Below the pieces are notes generated by a model, which saw only the letters and a program-made list of their open reading frames with translations, was not told the DNA's origin and ran no database searches. Made by a program: the position numbers and the translations under genes. Shown here piece after piece: positions 7,522 to 14,576 of a stretch of DNA of 18,620 bases. Origin of the DNA: Promethearchaeota archaeon (lineage in GTDB: Archaea; Asgardarchaeota; Lokiarchaeia; Sigyniarchaeales; SOKP01); NCBI GenBank assembly GCA_016930515.1, contig JAFGGO010000113.1, forward strand, positions 1 to 18,620. Direction: 5' to 3'. How positions within the stretch are numbered: the stretch's first letter is position 1; each line of letters begins with the position of its first letter.

Positions 7522-8718
7522 GTGGCAGAAAAAATACCTGAAAATGTTGTTTTATGTGTGGATACGTCAAGATCGATGATAAGAACTGATTATCATCCTA
7601 ATAGATTAAGCTCAAGTGTGGATGCGTTAAAGAGTCTTGTAAAACTAAGGCTCGAAACCGATCCAAAAAGTACATTTGCCATTGTAAGTTTTTTAGAAAA
7701 ACCGACTTTAATACTGGAATTTACAAACATTATAAATGTCATTCACGATCATCTCGACTCTTTAAGGATTGGGGGAAAATCACCTTTAGCAGAGGCCTTG
7801 GCTTTATCAGTGAAAGTCGCAGTTCGAGAATTAAGAAAAATTGACGCTAAAACACCCAAGATCCTTCTCGTTTCTGATGGCAATTACTTACAAACTGATA
7901 CTGATTTATTTAAGATAGTGAAATTATCAAGAAGTTTGAATATTAAAATAGATGTCTTTAGAATTGGAGAAACCAGCGATTACAAGACTATGAAAAAAAT
8001 AAGTGAATTATCTGGAGGAAGAATATTTTATGTAAATTCTCCAGAATCTTTGGTTGATGCTGCTCATAGTTTCGCTACTGATAATGTAAAGGACCCTGGA
8101 TTAGACGAAGGTTCCTTGGTGAGGAATCCTGCCATCCTTAGAAAAATTGCCGCAGATCCTTTACGCGTCCAAGACTTAACCGAAGATCAAGAGCAACGTA
8201 TAAAGCAACTCCGAGGAGAAGCTGATTACAAAAAATGTTCAATTTGTTTTTCAGAAACTGATCCGAGTAGTAAAGGTACTTTTTTTCTTACTGGTAGATA
8301 TTGCCCTAACTGTCAAAGCCCGTTTCACATTCATTGTTTAGCTGGGTGGGCTGCTTCTCAAAATGAAAGAAATATTAAGCAATCCGGGACCTGTAGATGC
8401 CCCCATTGCTTCTACTTGTTGAGAATTCCCTCTGAAGTGTCTCAAATGAGAAAACTTAGGACTTTAAGTGCCTTGTCTCAGAAAAAAACGGAGTCTAAGG
8501 GTCCTATAGCATTCCAAGCAATGAAAAAAAATACTTCGGATCTGGAGGGGGACGATTTGTATAGTTCGTGTCCAGTATGTAATTACATATTTGAACTAGA
8601 ACAAGATGTTATTGAATGCGGAAATCCCGACTGTGGGAGCATGTACCACCTTGAATGTTTTTCGAAACTAACAAATCATCAATGTAAGGTTTGTGGTAGT
8701 AAATTAACTCTAACTTAA
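7522..8718 (+). CDS. vWA (Ssl1/p44- or Rpn10-like) domain protein with two C-terminal C4HC3 RING/PHD-like zinc fingers
   Basis: VVLCVDTSRSM..TDYHPNRL (DxSxS MIDAS), ILLVSDG, SELSGG. Finger 1: Cx2C-x18-Cx2C-x4-Hx2C-x20-Cx2C (~8236-8409). Finger 2: Cx2C-x12-Cx4C-x4-Hx2C-x8-Cx2C (~8569-8694). GTG start. Confidence 0.85.
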   Translation: MAEKIPENVVLCVDTSRSMIRTDYHPNRLSSSVDALKSLVKLRLETDPKSTFAIVSFLEKPTLILEFTNIINVIHDHLDSLRIGGKSPLAEALALSVKVAVRELRKIDAKTPKILLVSDGNYLQTDTDLFKIVKLSRSLNIKIDVFRIGETSDYKTMKKISELSGGRIFYVNSPESLVDAAHSFATDNVKDPGLDEGSLVRNPAILRKIAADPLRVQDLTEDQEQRIKQLRGEADYKKCSICFSETDPSSKGTFFLTGRYCPNCQSPFHIHCLAGWAASQNERNIKQSGTCRCPHCFYLLRIPSEVSQMRKLRTLSALSQKKTESKGPIAFQAMKKNTSDLEGDDLYSSCPVCNYIFELEQDVIECGNPDCGSMYHLECFSKLTNHQCKVCGSKLTLT

Positions 8719-8742
8719 TTATTAGGAGCAGATCTATTTAAT

Positions 8743-9627
8743 ATGACTAATAATCATTCCTTTTCTTATGGGAATATAGAACTAGGGTTCGGTAATTTTA
8801 ACTTGCCGCCCGTTCTCATCGGTACAATTTTTTATCAAGGAGAAACAATTGTAGATAAGAAAAATGCTTGTAATTTTAACGAAGTAAAGGCAAAAAAAAG
8901 AATTAATACTCAAAAAGAGATCGCAAAAAAATTTAAAATCCCAAATCTCGTTGAAATATCTGGAACAGATCCTGAATCGATGGTAAAATATTTAGAATTT
9001 TACTTGAATAATTTTGAGCCTCCCTTTGTCTTGGGGGGTTCAATTGATGCTAGGATTGCCGGTGTTGAGTATTTACACGAACAAGGAGTTAAACCAACTA
9101 ATTATATCTACAATGCAATCTCTAACCTTAAAAACAAGAAAGAAGCCGAAATAATCAAAAAATTCAATATCGATTCGGTTGTTATTCTCATTTTGGGAGC
9201 ACAAAACATGACCTCTACCCAAAGATATGCTTATGTCACGAAAAAAGAGCAGGGTGGAAAAAATAGCGTCATTGGGGGGCTTCAAGAGATGGGTGTAAAA
9301 AAAATATGGATTGATGGGGGAGTAATCGACTTGGAAAGCTTAGCACACATTTTAGAGACCCAGAAAATGATAAGCACTTCTCTTAACCTACCGGTAGGGA
9401 CAGCTCCAACACTATTTCTCTTCATGTACTCTTCACCAAAAGCGAACGCCGTCTTCCACACGAAATATAGAAAGGCAAGCATCATATTTCCAGCAACCTT
9501 GTTTTCAAACTTCATATTTTATGGTGCAATCGAAGATGCCAAAGAATGCATTTCTGCAGCTTATCAAGCATCGGAATTTAAAAACATCCTAAAATCCAAG
9601 AATATTGACCTTTTTGGCAAATACTAA
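8743..9627 (+). CDS. mtrH: MtrH-like pterin-binding methyltransferase (divergent, stand-alone)
   Basis: PPVLIGTIFYQGETIVD N-terminal signature, ARIAGVEYLHEQG…IYNAI, LPVG, FYGAIE. Length ~294 aa. No other mtr genes in the window. Confidence 0.75.
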   Translation: MTNNHSFSYGNIELGFGNFNLPPVLIGTIFYQGETIVDKKNACNFNEVKAKKRINTQKEIAKKFKIPNLVEISGTDPESMVKYLEFYLNNFEPPFVLGGSIDARIAGVEYLHEQGVKPTNYIYNAISNLKNKKEAEIIKKFNIDSVVILILGAQNMTSTQRYAYVTKKEQGGKNSVIGGLQEMGVKKIWIDGGVIDLESLAHILETQKMISTSLNLPVGTAPTLFLFMYSSPKANAVFHTKYRKASIIFPATLFSNFIFYGAIEDAKECISAAYQASEFKNILKSKNIDLFGKY

Positions 9628-9712
9628 AAAATAAATGCTTTTCTGGTTGTATATCATTTATAGAAAAATAATTATCTGTCGTTTAATCTAATATTACTTG
9701 AAGGTGATAAAA

Positions 9713-10858
9713 TTGTATAACGGTCAAGAAAAAGAAGAAAAAGAACTCGAAGCAGAAAAGATGATAGATCAAGCTGAGAATTTGGCGGATAAAGGAAAAG
9801 GGACTGAGGCTATCAATTTATTGGAAAAGGCTGCTCAGATATATCTCGATATCGGTAGTTACATTAAGTTGGACGAAATTTACATACAAATATCGCGAAA
9901 AATCTCACAATTCAAAAATAACCTTCAAGCAATCCATAGATTAGAGTCCATAGTAAGAAAGACCGAAGAATTGGAACTTGAAGAAATCAGCGCTAAATTA
10001 ATGATACAATTAGGGAATATAGCATATAAAATGAACGATTACGAGAAAGCAGGGGAAAGCTGGATGACTGCTTCCGAATATTTATATAAGAGTGATCCCG
10101 AAGAATTTGAGGGATTATCCTCAATGTTACTTCTAAAAGCGGGTCAAGCCTTGGAGAGATCTCCTACTAAAAAGACACTTGGAAAAAGGCTTATCTTGCG
10201 CGCAATTATGAAAATAAATAAATTTGACGAATTATACGAGATGGAAGAAAAAAGAGGAAATCAACTCATTGAAATGAAAGAATTCGAAGCGGCTTCTAAA
10301 AAATTTCGAGACATATCCAAGAGTTTCAATGATGCATTAAATAATTTAGGTAATTTAGTTGACGAGGAAGGTTCAAGAGACACTTTTCTTAACGCAAAAG
10401 CCCGATTTACGCATTTTATTGCTGAATATCTCACGCTTGCGGCGCTATGCTTAAGAGCTTCTGAAGATCGCTCTTTTAACGATAGAATAAAAGAACTTGG
10501 AAACGAAGCTATTAAACTGTTCCAAGATGCGATCTCAATCCAAAAAGAATATCTACTCGAGAAAAAGACAGATTTTGACAAGGAGATTCTTTATAGAATA
10601 ACTTTTGACGCAATGCTCTTGGAAATAACCCAAAAAATGCTTGGTGTTACCGTATTAGATTCTATCCAATTCCTTCTCAAAGAAAGTGAGGAAAATGAAG
10701 CCCTATTTAAACAGATTAAAGAAACGCCTTATTTTAAAATAACAGAAAGATTTCAAAAGATTGGCATTATAGATAGTCTTGAAGAATTGTCAAAAATCCA
10801 TTTAGGGCACTTTGAGTTCGTGAAAAATACCCTGATTTCTTATTTCTTAACCAAATGA
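9713..10858 (+). CDS. All-alpha TPR-like solenoid protein (SNAP-like repeats)
   Basis: Repeats such as AINLLEKAAQIY, LGNIAYKMNDYEKAGESWMTA, EFEAASKKF, AIKLFQDAI. An SD-like AAGGTGA (9701-9707) favours TTG at 9713 over 9698 as start. Confidence 0.65.
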   Translation: MYNGQEKEEKELEAEKMIDQAENLADKGKGTEAINLLEKAAQIYLDIGSYIKLDEIYIQISRKISQFKNNLQAIHRLESIVRKTEELELEEISAKLMIQLGNIAYKMNDYEKAGESWMTASEYLYKSDPEEFEGLSSMLLLKAGQALERSPTKKTLGKRLILRAIMKINKFDELYEMEEKRGNQLIEMKEFEAASKKFRDISKSFNDALNNLGNLVDEEGSRDTFLNAKARFTHFIAEYLTLAALCLRASEDRSFNDRIKELGNEAIKLFQDAISIQKEYLLEKKTDFDKEILYRITFDAMLLEITQKMLGVTVLDSIQFLLKESEENEALFKQIKETPYFKITERFQKIGIIDSLEELSKIHLGHFEFVKNTLISYFLTK

Positions 10859-10919
10859 TTTAAATCACTTTTAAATCTCACTTTTTATACTCTTAATAGG
10901 TATGTAGATCGAACAAATC

Positions 10920-10927
10920 TTTATATA
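10920..10927 (+). promoter_or_regulatory. Candidate TATA box (TTTATATA) for the radical SAM gene
   Basis: Consensus-like TATA preceded by A-rich GAACAAA, ~70 nt before the ATG and just after T-rich sequence ending the upstream gene. Confidence 0.4.
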
Positions 10928-10993
10928 GGATCAACAACAATTAAACATAATAATGCATTTCTAATATAAAAAGAAGCTAGATGTGAACATTTA

Positions 10994-12601
10994 ATGAAAA
11001 TTTTATATGTCAATCCAAGTCGAATAGCATCTGGTTTGGATGCGGTAATCAAGGGTCCACCACTAAGCCTAATTTCAATAGCCGCTATGGTTCCCGAGCA
11101 CGGAGCGACCTTATTAGACTTTAAGGTAGAAAAATTCCGGGAGAAAGATTTTCGAAAGGAATTAAACAGACACGACATTGTTGCCATTACTTCGATGACT
11201 CCTCAAGTCGATTCTGCGTTGGATACAGCCCAGATAGCCAAGGAGCAGGGTTGCACTACGATCATTGGAGGATATCATCCCACGCTCGATCCTGATTATG
11301 TTGCGGGGCATCCTAGTGTTGACTACGCCGTAAGAGGTGAAGGTGAGCACACATTTAGGGAAATCATTGATTTTCTCGATGGTAATAAAAAGAATATTTC
11401 CAAAAAAGATATCGATGGGATATCTTACTTGAGGGAAGGCAAAATTGTTCATAACAAACCTCGAGCTTTAGAGCCTAACCTCGATAATTTTGAAATTCCA
11501 AGACACGACCTTATCAAGCGAAAAAATTACATTTACTTGGGAACGCGCTTGGATCAAATGGAATCCTCGAGGGGATGTCCTCACAATTGTACATTTTGCT
11601 GTATAAAAAAAATGTGGACGGATCCCAACAGTCATAAAATGTCCTATAGGACGAAAAGCTTGAAACGGATAATGCAAGAAATATATTCCGTCGATTGGAA
11701 GTTTAATTTTTTATTTTTTTGCGAAGATAACTTTACCATTAATGTCAAGCGTACCAAGCAAATTTGCGACGCCATCATCCAATCAGGAGTTAACAACAAG
11801 CTTTATTTCAGTTGCCAATCTCGAGTGGATACCTTGTATAAAAATCCTTGGTTGATTGATCTTTTACAAAAAGCGGGTTTCAGGCAGATCTTCTTGGGCA
11901 TCGAAACGGTTCACCAACAAAGCCTGGATGCCATGAATAAAAAAAACACCACACCTCGAATGACGCAAAAAGTCGTGGAAATGATTAAAGATCGTGGTAT
12001 TTCTATATTTGGGGGCGTTATAATTGGATATCCCGGAGAAACCAGAGAAATGGTACATCAAACGATTCAATTCGTGCGCTCGCTTAAATTAACCTGCGTT
12101 CAATTCACGCCCATAACGGCCTTTCCTGGAACGGCGTTTCACGATGAAATGAAACAAAAAGGAATGATCACGAGTAGAAATTATAAGCATTACAACTTGT
12201 TCCAACCCATGATGAAGACTGATCAATTATCAAATATCGAGATATACCGACTTGTGGCCGAAGCTTACGCTTCTTATTATCTTAACAGTAGCTATGTGAA
12301 AGATGTCGCAACGCGATACTGCAATCCCTTTGGGAAATGGACTTGGATGGGATCTTCTGTACCTCGATTCGTAAAAAGTGTCATGTCCGAAGCATATGGG
12401 ATGCTACACACGCAGGGAATATCGAGTTCGGCAGTATCAAACGATCTTAAAGATTTGGAAGTTCGAGCCAAGCAATCAAATACATTTAATTACAAGATCA
12501 CGGAAACGCCTCAAAAAGACGGGGCGAAATCTGGTGTTGATGTTATTGATTCCTTTAACGCTCAAATCGCCAAAGAAAAAACAAAAACACAATTAGCATA
12601 A
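10994..12601 (+). CDS. Cobalamin-binding (class B / BchE-like) radical SAM enzyme
   Basis: N-terminal B12-binding domain (PPLSLISIAA, IIGGYHPT, VRGEGE), SRGCPHNCTFC (CxxxCxxC), EDNF, LGIET, IIGYPGET, FPGT. The true C-terminus may extend to 12714 (see findings). Confidence 0.93.
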   Translation: MKILYVNPSRIASGLDAVIKGPPLSLISIAAMVPEHGATLLDFKVEKFREKDFRKELNRHDIVAITSMTPQVDSALDTAQIAKEQGCTTIIGGYHPTLDPDYVAGHPSVDYAVRGEGEHTFREIIDFLDGNKKNISKKDIDGISYLREGKIVHNKPRALEPNLDNFEIPRHDLIKRKNYIYLGTRLDQMESSRGCPHNCTFCCIKKMWTDPNSHKMSYRTKSLKRIMQEIYSVDWKFNFLFFCEDNFTINVKRTKQICDAIIQSGVNNKLYFSCQSRVDTLYKNPWLIDLLQKAGFRQIFLGIETVHQQSLDAMNKKNTTPRMTQKVVEMIKDRGISIFGGVIIGYPGETREMVHQTIQFVRSLKLTCVQFTPITAFPGTAFHDEMKQKGMITSRNYKHYNLFQPMMKTDQLSNIEIYRLVAEAYASYYLNSSYVKDVATRYCNPFGKWTWMGSSVPRFVKSVMSEAYGMLHTQGISSSAVSNDLKDLEVRAKQSNTFNYKITETPQKDGAKSGVDVIDSFNAQIAKEKTKTQLA

Positions 12602-12648
12602 AAAAAAAGGATATTCTTTACTATAATTACAGGATCACGGAAACTCCG
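12485..12648 (+). repeat. 27-nt imperfect direct repeat (12485-12511 and 12622-12648) straddling the radical SAM stop codon
   Basis: TTTAATTACAAGATCACGGAAACGCCT versus TATAATTACAGGATCACGGAAACTCCG, 23/27 identical. Confidence 0.85.
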
Positions 12649-13164
12649 ACTAACAAGCTAATTGACAAAATATTTAGTAAATTAGGTTTTGCTTCCAAAA
12701 TTTATACTAATTGATAAAAGATAATGTTATTAGAGCCAATATAAGTAAAAAAATTCTATTAAGAATTGTATAAAAATGTGATAATATCAACAAATTTTAA
12801 CAATTCGGGGCGATAACACCATCGCCGCAATTTCCTTGCCAGTGAAGGCTGTGGGAACTACTTTTCGTAAGATATTCATCGCATTGTTTACGAACGCATT
12901 GATCTTCATTCCTTTACTCGATTAAAATAATCCTTGCTTGAACCGTTTACTTGCAATAATTGACACATCTCCCTTTTTCACATGTAATGGATAGATTTTC
13001 ATTAATATTAATAGGTTAGCCCCCTTTGATGTACTATATCATTACAAGAAAAAAAGAAGCCATATCTACTTTTTAAATCTTTTTTAATTATTAAACCTAA
13101 ATTTAAAAACATATTTAGGGAGGTTTTATTAATATTTACTTAGAAATGTATTTTTGATTGATTG

Positions 13165-14544
13165 ATGTTTGAAAGAGAATTTAAGGTAAATGAATATATT
13201 ACTTTAAAATTAGAAGAAGATACTACTATTATTTATGTTAATGATAAGAAGTTTGAACAATGCAAGTATCTTCTGTTAACTATTAATCCTGAAGATATCG
13301 AAGACTATGAGGATATCCAATCAATTGACGAGGCGTCTGAAAGATTAGATCGATCCTTGGAACAAAATAAGAGGCTTATTCCCCCAGAAACAGAGTTTTG
13401 GGGTCATTGTTCAAACCTTCAGGCGTGGGTAGAGAACGATTACGACACTCGTCTCCTACATAGAAATATTGCTTTTCCCCTGCTTAAAAAACTCTCGATG
13501 GCTGGCGATCTCAAGGCTAAAAAATTATTTAAGGATGAAATCGCAGAAAGATTCTCGAGTGGACACGAGACAGTAATGAATTACCTTAAAGAGCGAAATT
13601 ATTTAAATTATTTAAATAGAAAAGAGCGACTGACTCTTTATCGTGGCATGTTTGAAGCAGGTTCGCCTCAAGTATTAAAATTTCTCTTTGATAGCGGCGT
13701 TTTAGACGATTTAAAATTAAGTGAGCAGGAAATCAAACCATTAATTGATAGTATTGATATTGAAAGAATTAGAAAATCTAAAGAAGAGATCGCTTTTCCC
13801 TTGATAGAAAAATTAGTGACGCTTCAACACCCACTTTCTCTCGAAATATTTCAAAAAGACATTAAAACAATGTTTGAAAAGGGAACAGCAAGTCAAGTAA
13901 TGTTCTTATTTAATAAAAGCTATCTTTACCGCCTCACAGACACTGAGATTAAAAACCTAGTAAAAAATTTTAATATTGAACGAATTCTTGATGATAAGCC
14001 TCAATTGATTTTTCCTATATTAGAAAAATTGATAATCCTTGGAAATCCCTTGGCATTATCGCATTTTGTAAATACACTTAAAAAAACTTTTGAAAAAGGG
14101 ACATTAGACGATTTAGAATTTATAATTAACAATAGTTATCTTAAATACATTAAAAAAGACGAAATGGAATTATTAATCAATCCGAAAAATTTTGATTCTT
14201 TAGAAAAAATAAACGATTTTCGAGTATATTTCGTATTAAAATCTTTAAGCAAGGCAGGAATAATGAGCGCTGCAATTATGTTAGAGAGAAAGCTCCTAAA
14301 AAAAATTGAAAGTGGTTATCCAAATGCACATGAGTATTTGAATCAAAATTTTTTGGATCTTACGAAACAACAACATAAATTATGTAATCAGCTTGAAAAA
14401 ATAAATGATACAATTAATTACGGGAAATACATAATAAATGATTCAGAAAAACTTCAATTGATAAAAGAATACGATAAAATTGCAAAAAAGCTAGCTACGA
14501 ACATAAAAACATGGGTAAAACGATTTTATACTACTTTTCATTAA
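13165..14544 (+). CDS. Lokiarchaeia-type uncharacterised protein: conserved N-terminal 'EFWGHCSNLQAW' domain plus 72-aa helical repeats
   Basis: EFKVNEYITLKLE…FEQCKYLLL…SIDEA…EFWGHCSNLQAWVENDYDTRLLHRNIAFPLLKKL, which I recognise as an expanded Loki family often fused to LRRs. Repeats start at 13471, 13792, 14008 and 14224. Confidence 0.75.
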   Translation: MFEREFKVNEYITLKLEEDTTIIYVNDKKFEQCKYLLLTINPEDIEDYEDIQSIDEASERLDRSLEQNKRLIPPETEFWGHCSNLQAWVENDYDTRLLHRNIAFPLLKKLSMAGDLKAKKLFKDEIAERFSSGHETVMNYLKERNYLNYLNRKERLTLYRGMFEAGSPQVLKFLFDSGVLDDLKLSEQEIKPLIDSIDIERIRKSKEEIAFPLIEKLVTLQHPLSLEIFQKDIKTMFEKGTASQVMFLFNKSYLYRLTDTEIKNLVKNFNIERILDDKPQLIFPILEKLIILGNPLALSHFVNTLKKTFEKGTLDDLEFIINNSYLKYIKKDEMELLINPKNFDSLEKINDFRVYFVLKSLSKAGIMSAAIMLERKLLKKIESGYPNAHEYLNQNFLDLTKQQHKLCNQLEKINDTINYGKYIINDSEKLQLIKEYDKIAKKLATNIKTWVKRFYTTFH

Positions 14545-14566
14545 TTTGATAAATAAAAAGTAAAGG

Positions 14567-14576
14567 AAAAAAAAAA
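14567..14576 (-). terminator. Oligo-T terminator candidate for the minus-strand membrane-protein operon
   Basis: A10 on the + strand (T10 on -) immediately after the TAA at 14577, between convergent genes. Confidence 0.55.

Noticed and set aside
12572-12608. Canonical programmed -1 ribosomal frameshift site
   Set aside because: The zero-frame codons GAA AAA ACA do not form an X XXY YYZ heptamer and no clear downstream stimulator was seen. An indel or transcriptional slippage is more plausible.
12770-12826. Minus-strand GGCGATGGTGTTATCGCC resembles the 5' half of the fluoride (crcB) riboswitch
   Set aside because: The 3' pseudoknot segment (…AUGACACCUAC-like) is absent and no crcB/eriC-type gene follows.
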